Source: an uncultured Wenzhouxiangellaceae bacterium
GTDB lineage: Bacteria; Pseudomonadota; Gammaproteobacteria; Xanthomonadales; SZUA-36
Reading direction: 5' to 3'
Assembly (NCBI GenBank): GCA_964443145.1
Contig: CAYUBS010000002.1
Span: forward strand, 10,440 to 74,439
DNA length: 64,000 nucleotides
Part shown: piece after piece, positions 52,401 through 61,078 of the stretch
How the letters are laid out: every line of letters begins with the position of its first letter
How positions within the stretch are numbered: position 1 is the first letter of the stretch
Position numbers and translations under genes: made by a program
The notes under the pieces: model-generated
Told to the model about the DNA's origin: nothing
What the model saw: the letters and a program-made list of their open reading frames with translations, nothing else
Databases searched by the model: none

Positions 52401-53838
52401 CGACTACTGCTCCGGCGCTTGTATCATGCTGGAAACAGCCCTGTTCCGTGAGCTCGGCGGCTTCGATCCGCATTATGCACCCGCCTATTATGAAGATACC
52501 GACCTGGCGTTCCGGATACGGTCGAAAGGCCTCAAAGTACGCCTCCAGCCGAGGGCGGTCATCGTTCACCATGAGGGGATCACCTCGGGTACTGATATCA
52601 ATGAAGGCGCCAAGCGTTACCAGGCCGTTAACCGCGAGAAATTCCTCGAACGCTGGAATTCCGAACTGGCCTCCTACCCCGAGCCAATCCACGACCCGGA
52701 CAACGGCAGCGAAATCCGCCGCGCGCGTGATCACCGCCTTAAAGGACGGGTACTGATCATTGATGCGTACACCCCTGAGCCGGATCAGGACTCAGGCAGC
52801 GTCCGTCTTTGTTACCTGATGGACTGCCTGATTGAACTGGGCTACGGCGTGACCTTCATGGCCGATAACAGAACCCATGCGGGCCGTTATACAACAGCGC
52901 TGCAACAGGCGGGTGTGGAGGTGGTTTACGACCCCTGGACGGAATCACTACCGGTATTTTTCCGCGAGCGGGGGAATGAATTTGACTTCGTGCTGATCAG
53001 CCGTCACTACGTGGCCTCAAACTACGTTTCCCAGATCCGGCGCTACTGCCCCCGGGCCAGGTTCATTTTTGATACGGTCGACCTGCACTACCTGCGCGAA
53101 GAGCGTATGGCGGAGCTGGAAAGTAACCCGGCGCTAAAAACCAGCGCCGCCCAGACCCGAAGGTCAGAACTGGCTGTCATCAACGCTGCTGATGCAACAC
53201 TGGTCGTCAGCCCGGTGGAAAAGACCGTACTGGCGGAGTCTGCGCCCGGGGCTAAAGTCCACGTGATTTCCAACATCCACGCAGTCACCGGCAGCAAACG
53301 TCCTTTCGCCGAACGCAAAGATATTTTCTTCGTCGGTGGCTACCAACACCCGCCCAATATAGATGCTGCGCAATGGTTCGTCAGCGAAATCTGGCCACTG
53401 ATTCATGAGCAGGAACCCGACATGACCTTTCATCTGATCGGCAGCAAGGCTCCCGAACAGATTCGCGCGCTACACGGCGACGGCGTACATTTTCACGGCT
53501 TCGTCAAAACGCTGGACCCCTGGCTGGATGGCTGCAGACTTGCGGTTGCGCCACTTCGCTACGGGGCAGGCGTGAAGGGCAAAGTCAACATGAGCATGAG
53601 CAAGGGCCAGCCCGTCGTTGCAACCCCGATGGCGGTGGAAGGCATGTTCGCACAGTCGGGAAGGGACGTGATAGTTGCAGAAACCGCGCGCGACTTCGCA
53701 GCCGGAGTGGTCCGCCTTTATCGCGACGAAGAACTCTGGAACAGCGTATCGCTGGCCGGACTGGAAAACGTCCGCCAGTATTTTTCGCTGGAAACGGCCC
53801 GCCTGGGATTGCAGGAATTGCTCCACTCGCTGCGCTGA
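49450..53838 (+). CDS. Giant soluble multi-module glycosyltransferase (unknown N-region, GT-B, coiled coil, GT2, GT-B)
   Basis: 1,462-aa ORF with no signal peptide or TM segment. The more likely start is ATG 49492, with GGAG upstream.
- aa 238-635: GT-B module (LHITHSWGGGVAKW ... ETFSYTLSEMQQLDIPVIATRVGSL, 51094-51153).
- aa 655-735: heptad-rich coiled coil.
- aa 829-1075: GT2 module (VSIIIPVYNK, VVDDQSSDET at 52039-52068, NNDT, YYEDTDLAFR around 52489).
- aa 1098-1462: second GT-B module (VLIIDAYTPEPDQDSGS ... VAPLRYGAGVKGKVNMSMSKGQPVVATP, 53545-53643). Confidence 0.85.
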   Translation: MPHKRVTSPGALTIMKGFRAESTPMTTTLPDHQNEPNSLGKLLSQHCVQCPGLPLLLLGKGIAVPDSFKAAICSLLEQVQATNPGPVVLTVLSNSVPDLNPFAGLAIAPVDVPDSDQLASLVNLLAPGEITEWNDWPDHCILVSAQAAQALSAADTSSGNALLRLQEAGGRLLLADSVFLHDPSNKLFQSDTLQPHEQQRPSAWGQLRERLGQWLQLQNSPHPMDWAPLAADFRKTKKPVTLHITHSWGGGVAKWVESFIEADDSGVNLQLCAEGPQSGKGYGQCLALYLGNQLETPVARWWLQPPIQSTVREHAQYRTVLLEIQQRYGIGRVMVSSLIGHSLEALSTGLPTLQVLHDFYPLWPLLGIHPGHYPGNMPGERLTKALQEHELLPGFRDRDTAGWQLLGQQWRECIKNNAVRTVAPSQSVADLLSDLDPGWSGMGTQIIPHGLPELPGNIPVLPRDREDGRLRVVIPGRIQAGKGQQLLLEALPEITRFAHVYLLGAGKEGEVFFGKSGVDVIIQYRREDLRGLLATIGPHVAGLLSIVPETFSYTLSEMQQLDIPVIATRVGSLAERVRHGETGWLIEPDAGALVEKLRALASNRDEIQAVRDNLADVSLSGTTQMVGQYQALCEPLSATRGLTTAQSPDRAQAAALAFQKTELTTEKRQLAKQAESLQAEVEKRSSWAEDSEKSRLEEVERRISWVAQLEEQLEHEQAAHRQTNQHLEDLRTIHDWVLATASWRWTRPFRVLGRVFKNLKQARAYNPLRWPLLLSQLVRTLSTDGLSGALNRSQSSQAKHHKPEIPAAADIESIGDPEAPSAFPDVEDPDVSIIIPVYNKWLYSAACLRSLAEIACKTSFEVIVVDDQSSDETPDRLEQVKGLTNLRNKQNLGFVGSCNRGAEAARGRYVVMLNNDTQVLEGWLDALLETFKRHPDTGMAGASLVYPDGTLQEAGGIIFRDGSGWNYGKGDNPERPEYHYSREVDYCSGACIMLETALFRELGGFDPHYAPAYYEDTDLAFRIRSKGLKVRLQPRAVIVHHEGITSGTDINEGAKRYQAVNREKFLERWNSELASYPEPIHDPDNGSEIRRARDHRLKGRVLIIDAYTPEPDQDSGSVRLCYLMDCLIELGYGVTFMADNRTHAGRYTTALQQAGVEVVYDPWTESLPVFFRERGNEFDFVLISRHYVASNYVSQIRRYCPRARFIFDTVDLHYLREERMAELESNPALKTSAAQTRRSELAVINAADATLVVSPVEKTVLAESAPGAKVHVISNIHAVTGSKRPFAERKDIFFVGGYQHPPNIDAAQWFVSEIWPLIHEQEPDMTFHLIGSKAPEQIRALHGDGVHFHGFVKTLDPWLDGCRLAVAPLRYGAGVKGKVNMSMSKGQPVVATPMAVEGMFAQSGRDVIVAETARDFAAGVVRLYRDEELWNSVSLAGLENVRQYFSLETARLGLQELLHSLR
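49462..49477. promoter_or_regulatory. 7-2-7 perfect inverted repeat CGGGTGA-ca-TCACCCG in the mrcB / giant-GT divergent region
   Basis: Read directly at 49462-49477, 21 nt from the mrcB start codon and just upstream of the likely GT start (ATG 49492, preceded by GGAG). It is operator-like, and no known regulator is assigned. Confidence 0.25.
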
Positions 53839-53842
53839 GAAA

Positions 53843-56059
53843 TCAGGCACCCTGGCGTAAGCGACGGGCCTCGGTCACGTTAGGAATACTGCCCAGCCGG
53901 CTGAGCAGGTCACTGAGCTGTTCGTAATCCTTGACCCGGACCCTGAGGCGTATCGAGACTTCGTCGTTACTTTCGTCCAACCTACTGCTGATATCGGTGA
54001 CCTGGGTTTCTGCCGTTGAAAGGATTGTGGAAATATCCCGGATCAAATCTCTGCGGTCAAAAGCCCGCACCTGCACTTCAACCGGGTACTTTGTTTCAGG
54101 CTGCGCACCCCACTGAACCTTGAGCAATCGCGGGTTGTTCTCCGCCCGCCAGTGCACAACCTGGCCGCAGTCTTCGCGGTGAATCGTGACGCCCCGGCCC
54201 TGTGTGATATAGCCTGCCACGGGGTCACCTGGCACCGGGTGGCAACATTTAGCCAGGGTGGTCATCAGGTTGCCGACACCCTCGATAATCAGGTCATCCC
54301 GGCCAGCTGAGGCCTTGCGCCGCTGGCGGACGGGCGACTTGGTCAGCAGGTCTTCGGCCTGAGGGACTACCTGCTCCGCCTTGATACGCTCCAGTGCGTT
54401 GAAGATCTGGCCTGTGTTGATATCGCCGTTGCCGACAGCCACAAACAGGTCGTCAACCGAGTTCATATTGAAGCGCTTCAGCACGGCTTCGAGGTCAGAC
54501 AGCACGATACCGATCCTGCGCGCCTCGTTTTCAAGCGATTCCTTGCCGGCTCTCAGGTTTTCGTCCCTGCTTTCACGCTTATACCACTGCCGTACCTTTG
54601 CCCGTGCACGGGCGCCATTGATGTATCCGAGGCGCGGATTGAGCCAGTCACGGCTGGGCTTGGGGTGCTTTCCGGTCAGTATTTCCACCCGGTCGCCGGT
54701 ATCTACGACATGGGTGAGGGGCACGATCCGGCCATTAACCTTGGCGCCCCGGCAGCGGTGCCCGACCTCAGTGTGCACGTGGTAGGCGAAATCCAGCACG
54801 CTGGAACCGGCTGTCAGATCAACCACCTGGCCCTGCGGCGTCAATACATAGACACGGTCTTCGGAGGTCGCTGACTGGAAGCTGTCCAGCAGGCTCTGGT
54901 CATCCAGGTCCTCGTCCGAGGAATCGAGCAACTGGCGCATGATGGCGATTTTGTTATCAAAGGCTGGGTCGGTAGGCCCGCCTTCCTTGTAGCGCCAATG
55001 TGCCGCGACACCCAGTTCCGCATGCTCGTGCATCTCACGTGTGCGAATCTGGATTTCAACCGCCCTGCCCTCGCGATCAGCCACTGCGGTATGCAGGGAC
55101 TGGTAATTGTTGCCCTTGGGCGTGGTGATGTAATCGTCGAACTCGCCCGGAATAGGCTGCCACAGCGAATGCACCAGACCCAGGGCGCTGTAACAGGCCG
55201 GCAGGTCATCTACCAGCACGCGCACCGCGCGAACGTCAAACAGCTGGTGGAAATCCAGCCCCTTACGCTGCATTTTCTTCCAAATACTGTAAATGTGCTT
55301 CGGACGGCCCTTAACTTCCGCCTGGATTCCGGCTTCTTCCATAGATGCTGAAAGTTTGTCCATGAACTGATTAATGAAGCGTTCACGTTCGGCCCGGTGT
55401 TCTGCGACCAGCAACGCAATTTTTCGATACTGTTCGGGCTCCTGGTAGCGGAAGGCCAAATCCTCCAACTCCCATTTCAGCTGCCAGATACCCAGCCGGT
55501 TAGCCAGGGGCGCGTGGATAAGCATGGTTTCCCTGGCCAGGGTCTCACTCGCCCTTTTGTCTTTTTTCGCGCGCCGCAGCAAGACCAGTTGCCAGGACAA
55601 GTCGATCAGTACAACGCGCACATCATTAACCAGGGCGAGCAACAGTCGGCGCAGACCTTCTGCGCTACGCTCTGTAACGTTTTCAGACTGTCCTGACTCG
55701 TAGTATTTGAGCTGAGTCAGCTGCTCCAGCTGCCGACGCACTTCGCCGGGCAATTCACTGATGATGCCCGGATCAACTTCTTTTTTCAGGCCGGCAACAT
55801 GAACCGCGGCACAACTGATGGTAATCGGATCGGCCGACAGGCTTTCCAGGATCTCAAGCAACTCCAGTAAACGATCAATGGCAGCGGCTGAATATGCCTT
55901 GCCAGCCAGAAGCTCATGCAGCAGTACCACGCAGCCCTCAGCCGACTCTCCAGCCGATGCTCGATAGCTATCCACCCACTGCAATAAGTGAGTCTTATCG
56001 CGCGGCCCGGAACCCTTATGTCGCGGGATCCCTCCCGCGTTGTCATCAATCCTGTTCAT
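53843..56059 (-). CDS. relA: GTP pyrophosphokinase RelA ((p)ppGpp synthetase I)
   Basis: 738-aa RSH-family ORF with a synthetase motif region (RPKHIYSIWKKMQRK, DVRAVRVLV) plus TGS and ACT-like C-terminal domains. The N-terminal hydrolase-like domain lacks an evident HD motif, which favours RelA over SpoT. Confidence 0.87.
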   Translation of the reverse strand: MNRIDDNAGGIPRHKGSGPRDKTHLLQWVDSYRASAGESAEGCVVLLHELLAGKAYSAAAIDRLLELLEILESLSADPITISCAAVHVAGLKKEVDPGIISELPGEVRRQLEQLTQLKYYESGQSENVTERSAEGLRRLLLALVNDVRVVLIDLSWQLVLLRRAKKDKRASETLARETMLIHAPLANRLGIWQLKWELEDLAFRYQEPEQYRKIALLVAEHRAERERFINQFMDKLSASMEEAGIQAEVKGRPKHIYSIWKKMQRKGLDFHQLFDVRAVRVLVDDLPACYSALGLVHSLWQPIPGEFDDYITTPKGNNYQSLHTAVADREGRAVEIQIRTREMHEHAELGVAAHWRYKEGGPTDPAFDNKIAIMRQLLDSSDEDLDDQSLLDSFQSATSEDRVYVLTPQGQVVDLTAGSSVLDFAYHVHTEVGHRCRGAKVNGRIVPLTHVVDTGDRVEILTGKHPKPSRDWLNPRLGYINGARARAKVRQWYKRESRDENLRAGKESLENEARRIGIVLSDLEAVLKRFNMNSVDDLFVAVGNGDINTGQIFNALERIKAEQVVPQAEDLLTKSPVRQRRKASAGRDDLIIEGVGNLMTTLAKCCHPVPGDPVAGYITQGRGVTIHREDCGQVVHWRAENNPRLLKVQWGAQPETKYPVEVQVRAFDRRDLIRDISTILSTAETQVTDISSRLDESNDEVSIRLRVRVKDYEQLSDLLSRLGSIPNVTEARRLRQGA

Positions 56060-56074
56060 TGAACCGATAGTGTA

Positions 56075-59000
56075 TCAACATCCTGTTTTTTTCCAGGCCT
56101 CCGCAAGGCGTTTTTCTGACACTCGACAAGCAGTGCCCAATCTCTGCGCAAATAACGATACCCTGAACTCCTCGAGCAGCCAGCGGAACGCGTCCATGGC
56201 TTCATCATATACCGCATCATTTGCAAGCGCTTCGCAGTAGCGATTCCACCACGGCGAAATCTGATCCATGCGCTGCCGGTCGCGAACCGGGTTCTGATCC
56301 AGTTGTATCAACCGTTCCTCGATGGCTTTCAGATAGCGCGGGTAGTGGCGCAGCCGGTCAGGTTCAAGGTCGCTCAGAAACCCGGGATAGAGCAGGTCAT
56401 CCAATTGCGATGAGAGGTCTTCGAACAGGTCCGGGAGGCGTTGCTCCAGCGAACCATGAATTTTTCGCAAAAGGCGGCTGTACAGTGGCAGAACTTCATT
56501 CAGCAGTTCCGCCCGCTGCAGGGCCTTTTTGCCGATATCGTTCCTGACCCGCTCGCACAGTGCAGTAAAGGAATCTGCATCCCGGATGGTGCTTAGGTCA
56601 CCGGCTGCATCGACCAGGCTCCGGTGCAGCAACTCCAGAGCCAGTTGCTCCTTTGTGTCCACCGGGCTCCATGCCATCAGGGCCTCGCGGCTCAGGCCAT
56701 GATGCCTTTTCAAATATCCCAGTTTGTCCGGGATGGCCAGCCTGAGCAGACGCATTACACCATCCATGTGCGACAGTACGGCTTCGTCCCAGGTGTCGAA
56801 CAGTCGAAGGCCTGCGGCGGTTTCCTGGTCAACAAGTGCCGGCCACGCGGTGGCCCCATCCGGGGTTTTAATCCGCATATCCAGCTTCCCGATGGTCCAG
56901 TCAGTTAATCCATCCAGACTGAATTGCTGGCCCTGACGATCCATGAAGCGACGCCGGGCTTTACGTCCCAGCCGCTCCTGGATGGCGTCAAGATCACGAC
57001 TGCTGTCGATAACCTCGCCGCTCTCGTCCACCACCTTGACGAGGAACCTGAGGTGATCAGGAATGGAATTCTCATCCAGGTCTTGCGGTGCAATCTGTAA
57101 GCCGGTCAGACGCTGCAGTTCACCGGCACACACATCCAGCAGAGGTTCCGCACCCCGATCCTGAATCGAGCCCAATAACGCGTCTGCAAAGGCCGGGACC
57201 GGGGTCAGCGAGCGCCGTACAGGTTTTGGTAGCTGTCGGATCAGTGCGACCAGTTTGTCACGAAGCAGGCCCGGGACAAGCCATTGCAGCGAACCGGCCG
57301 TGAGTGTATTCAGGCGTTCAATCGGCACGCTGATATGCACACCGTCATCCGCACTGCCCGGGTCGAAATGATACTCCAGCGGGAATGGGCGGCCACCGAA
57401 ATCCAGGCGATCCGGGAACAATTCCCGGGGAGCATCCCCGGCATCATCTCTCATCAACACATCATGGCCGAGGTACAGCAACTCCCTGCCTGCAGCGCCA
57501 AGGCCGGTCAGCCACTTTTCAAACGACTGCGCACTGTTTACATCATCAGGAATTCTCGCATCGAAAAACTCAAACTGGGTTTGCTCGTCTGCGACCACAT
57601 CTCGCCGGCGCCGCTTATGTTCCATCAATTCGACTTCGGCCCGCACTTTTTCGTTATGAGACTTGAATGCCGCGCGGGTGTCCAGTTCGCCCCTGACCAG
57701 GGCCTGCATGACGAACAGCCGCCGCGCTTCAACAGGGTCGATCGCAGCATATTGAATGCGCCGCTTCTCAACGATAACCATGCCGTAGAAAGAGACTTGC
57801 TCCCAGGCAGTCACCGACCCGCTGCGCCTCGACCAGTGGGGGTCGAAGTAATGCCGTTTCAACAGGTGGGCACCCTGCTGCTCCAGCCATTCCGGCTTAA
57901 TGACTGCATTGATCCGGGCATACGGCTTGCTGGTATCGACGATTTCAGCTGACATCAACCACTTCGGTGTACTGCCAAACAGACCGGAGCCTGGAAAAAT
58001 GTGGTACGAGGCGGAACGTGCCCCGGTGTAGCTGCGATCTTCCGGATGTTTTTTGCCGCAGTGACTCAGCAGGCCTGCCAGCAGGCTCTTGTGTACCCGC
58101 TCGTAATCACCATGACGGCCGGTCAATTTCCGGCGGTCTTCCCGGGCCAGGTCGCGCAATTGCTGGTAGAGGTCAAACCACTCCAGCACACGTTGCCAGT
58201 TCAGAAACTCCCGGCGGCACAGTTTGCGAAACTGGTTTCCCGAATATGTTTTTCTTTTCTCGCGCAGGTAGCGCCACATCATCAACAGGGCCGCAAAGTC
58301 CGATTTGTCATCGCTGTAGCGCTCATGCGCTGCGTCTGCTGCCGCCTGGGCCTCGAGTGGGCGCTCCCGCGGGTCCTGGATACTCAGCGCTGCTGCAAGA
58401 ACCATCACATCTTCCAGGCAACCCGCTTTGTCGCCTTCCTCGACCATTCGCGCCAGGCGCACATCCAGCGGCCAGCGTGCCAGAGCCATTCCAAGTTTGG
58501 TGGTCGCATGGGATTTGTCGATTGCCTGCAGTTCGAACAGTAGCTGGTAAGCATCGTTGATCATGCGCGGAGGCGGAACGTCAACAAATGGAAAGTCCTC
58601 CACCGTACCCAGGCCCATGGTCAGCATGCGCAGGATCACCGAGGCAAGTGAAGTGCGCAAAATCTCCGGCTCGGTAAATTCAGGCCGGGAATCATAATCC
58701 TCCTCGCTGTAGAGGCGCACACAAGTACCCGGACCGAGCCTGCCGCAGCGGCCGGCACGCTGGTTGGCACTGGCCTGAGAGACAGGCTCAATGGGCAGAC
58801 GCTGGATCCGGCTGCGGTGAGAATACCGACTTATCCTGGCCAGCCCCGAGTCAATCACGAACCGGATCCCAGGTACCGTCAGCGACGTTTCTGCCACGTT
58901 GGTGGTCAGAATGATGCGGCGCTTACTGCCGGGATGAAAAACCCGCCGCTGTTCTGTCGAAGACAGCCTGGCGTAAAGCGGCAGCACTTCCGTACCAGCC

Positions 59001-59971
59001 GGTCCCGCCCGCAGGCCCTGGTGCTTGAGAAAATCGCCGGCCTCCCTGATTTCCCGCTCCCCGGAGAGAAAAACCAGGATATCGCCGCGCGGATCAATCC
59101 CACTCAAGCGGCGTACCGCATTTGAAATGCCCTGGTACAGGTCGCGGTCGACACGTTCGGTCTTTTCCACATCCGTGGACAGAGGCTGATAAAGCATCTC
59201 GACCGGGTATCCCCTGCCCGACACGGTAATAACCGGCGCCCCGCCAAAATGCTTTGAGAATTTTTCCGTATCGATCGTCGCCGAGGTAATCAGTAGCTTG
59301 AGGTCCGGGCGGCGCGACAACAATGTACGCAGGTAGCCCAGCAGAAAATCGATGTTCAGGCTGCGCTCGTGTGCCTCGTCGATGATGATGGTGTCGTATG
59401 CGTCGAGAAACCGGTCATGCATCGACTCCGCCAGCAGGATCCCGTCGGTCATGAACTTGATGTAACCACCCGGGCTACTGCGTTCCCTGAACCGAACCTG
59501 GTACCCGACCACGGCACCCAATTCGCTGTGCAGTTCTTCAGATACCCGTTCCGCCATTGCCCTTGCTGCAATTCGCCGCGGCTGGGTGCAGGCAATCAGG
59601 CCACGTGTACCCCGGCCGGCCTCCAGGCACAACTTGGGTAGCTGCGTGGTCTTGCCGGAACCGGTCTCGCCAGCGACGATGATCACCTGGTTTTGCTCCA
59701 GCACCTCGAGAATATGCTCCCGGTGAGCCGTAATCGGCAAATCTGCAGCATATAACGGCTGCGGCAAATCCGCCTGCCGCTGTGCAACCCGCTGGCGCGA
59801 CTGCTCGATACGCTGCACCACCTTTTCAAGCAGGTCGTCCACGGCCTTACCCTTTCCCTGCCTGCGGCGAAATTCTGACAGCCGCTTCCGGCACCAGGCT
59901 GCATCGCTAGCCATGATGAGGGGGAGTTGCGCCTTCAGTTGGCGGATATCGGCAATTGCTTTCATGGGCAC
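56075..59971 (-). CDS. hrpA: ATP-dependent RNA helicase HrpA (DEAH-box)
   Basis: 1,298-aa ORF (GETGSGKTTQLPK, DEAHERS, TNVAETSLTVPG, QRAGRCGR) with the long HrpA-specific C-terminal extension. Confidence 0.94.
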   Translation of the reverse strand: MPMKAIADIRQLKAQLPLIMASDAAWCRKRLSEFRRRQGKGKAVDDLLEKVVQRIEQSRQRVAQRQADLPQPLYAADLPITAHREHILEVLEQNQVIIVAGETGSGKTTQLPKLCLEAGRGTRGLIACTQPRRIAARAMAERVSEELHSELGAVVGYQVRFRERSSPGGYIKFMTDGILLAESMHDRFLDAYDTIIIDEAHERSLNIDFLLGYLRTLLSRRPDLKLLITSATIDTEKFSKHFGGAPVITVSGRGYPVEMLYQPLSTDVEKTERVDRDLYQGISNAVRRLSGIDPRGDILVFLSGEREIREAGDFLKHQGLRAGPAGTEVLPLYARLSSTEQRRVFHPGSKRRIILTTNVAETSLTVPGIRFVIDSGLARISRYSHRSRIQRLPIEPVSQASANQRAGRCGRLGPGTCVRLYSEEDYDSRPEFTEPEILRTSLASVILRMLTMGLGTVEDFPFVDVPPPRMINDAYQLLFELQAIDKSHATTKLGMALARWPLDVRLARMVEEGDKAGCLEDVMVLAAALSIQDPRERPLEAQAAADAAHERYSDDKSDFAALLMMWRYLREKRKTYSGNQFRKLCRREFLNWQRVLEWFDLYQQLRDLAREDRRKLTGRHGDYERVHKSLLAGLLSHCGKKHPEDRSYTGARSASYHIFPGSGLFGSTPKWLMSAEIVDTSKPYARINAVIKPEWLEQQGAHLLKRHYFDPHWSRRSGSVTAWEQVSFYGMVIVEKRRIQYAAIDPVEARRLFVMQALVRGELDTRAAFKSHNEKVRAEVELMEHKRRRRDVVADEQTQFEFFDARIPDDVNSAQSFEKWLTGLGAAGRELLYLGHDVLMRDDAGDAPRELFPDRLDFGGRPFPLEYHFDPGSADDGVHISVPIERLNTLTAGSLQWLVPGLLRDKLVALIRQLPKPVRRSLTPVPAFADALLGSIQDRGAEPLLDVCAGELQRLTGLQIAPQDLDENSIPDHLRFLVKVVDESGEVIDSSRDLDAIQERLGRKARRRFMDRQGQQFSLDGLTDWTIGKLDMRIKTPDGATAWPALVDQETAAGLRLFDTWDEAVLSHMDGVMRLLRLAIPDKLGYLKRHHGLSREALMAWSPVDTKEQLALELLHRSLVDAAGDLSTIRDADSFTALCERVRNDIGKKALQRAELLNEVLPLYSRLLRKIHGSLEQRLPDLFEDLSSQLDDLLYPGFLSDLEPDRLRHYPRYLKAIEERLIQLDQNPVRDRQRMDQISPWWNRYCEALANDAVYDEAMDAFRWLLEEFRVSLFAQRLGTACRVSEKRLAEAWKKTGC

Positions 59972-60018
59972 AAATTATAAGCGAGACTCGCATCCAGCAG
60001 AGCCGTATAATTCGCCCG

Positions 60019-61050
60019 ATGGACCTCAATTTCAGAAGCGATAACGAATCACCGGCGGCCCCCGCCATTCTGAGTGCCCTGCTGGAAGCGAACCAGGGGA
60101 CGGCCTGGGCCTATGCAGACGATCCGTGGACAAAGCGACTAGACACGGCATTCAGCGAATTATTTGAGACCCAAACCACCGTGATTCCCGTCAGTACGGG
60201 GACCATAGCCAACAGTATTGCACTGGCGACAGTGACCCCGCCCTGGGGTTCTGTGTACTGTCACCGCAATGCCCATATTCTGAACGACGAGAGCGGTGCT
60301 CCGGAGTTCCTGGGTAACGGGCTGCGCCTGGAACCGGTAGATGGTCCGGAGGGCAAGTTCAGTGCCGAAGCAATGGAGGCCCTGATCCGCTCCCACGCGG
60401 GCCACGGCATCCACAGCTATCTTGCATCTACGGTCAGTATTACCCAGAGCACGGAATCCGGAACGATCTATGCGCCCGGCGAAATTGAAGAGATATGCAG
60501 TGCGGCTGCCAGGTACAACATGGCTGCCCACATGGACGGCGCCCGCTTTGGCAATGCCATTGCCCACCTTGGTTGCCACCCGGCCGACATAACCTGGCGC
60601 GCCGGTGTGCAGATGCTTTCGTTTGGCGCCAGCAAGAACGGTTGCCTGGCCGCGGAGGCATTGTTGCTGTTCGGTAAACCCGAATTGAGTGAGACGGCGC
60701 AGAGGCTGCGCAAACGGTCCGGTCACCTGTTGAGTAAAATGCGCTATGTATCCGCACAACTACTCGCCTATATCCAGAATGGCCTGTGGCTGGAACTGGC
60801 GAACCATGCTAACGGCCAGGCGGCGCGTTTCGCCGATGCTGTAAAGGCACACCCGGCAGCGCGCCTGGAGTACCCGGTTCACGCCAACGAAGTATTCGTT
60901 AACTGGTCTGCCGAAGGATTTGAACGCCTGGAGAAAGCCGGCGTTCAGTTCCTCACCTGGCCTGGAAGAGATGACCTGGCGAGATTCGTTTTTTCCCATT
61001 GTACGAGTGATGAAGAAACCCACGCATTGTGCCGTGCAATTGCTGCCTGA
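60019..61050 (+). CDS. ltaE: Low-specificity L-threonine aldolase
   Basis: PLP-dependent threonine aldolase/beta-eliminating lyase family (FRSDNESPAAPAIL, GTIANSIAL, FGASKNG). The start is taken at MDLNFRSDN (ATG 60019). The ORF-track start at 59956 overlaps the hrpA start on the other strand. Confidence 0.85.
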   Translation: MDLNFRSDNESPAAPAILSALLEANQGTAWAYADDPWTKRLDTAFSELFETQTTVIPVSTGTIANSIALATVTPPWGSVYCHRNAHILNDESGAPEFLGNGLRLEPVDGPEGKFSAEAMEALIRSHAGHGIHSYLASTVSITQSTESGTIYAPGEIEEICSAAARYNMAAHMDGARFGNAIAHLGCHPADITWRAGVQMLSFGASKNGCLAAEALLLFGKPELSETAQRLRKRSGHLLSKMRYVSAQLLAYIQNGLWLELANHANGQAARFADAVKAHPAARLEYPVHANEVFVNWSAEGFERLEKAGVQFLTWPGRDDLARFVFSHCTSDEETHALCRAIAA

Positions 61051-61078
61051 GCCACTCACTCCAATTCCGGAAACCCCG

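Noticed and set aside
51991-52734. 247-aa minus-strand ORF inside the giant GT gene
   Set aside because: It is antisense to the GT2 module, whose motifs (DxD, YEDTD) are intact on the plus strand. It has a low-complexity shadow-ORF composition.
60006-60011. TATAAT hexamer 8 nt upstream of the ltaE ATG (a possible leaderless transcript), and a similar TATAAT at 40110-40115 upstream of mgtE
   Set aside because: No convincing -35 partner exists at 17±1 nt in either case. Isolated hexamers are expected by chance, so they are not reported as features.
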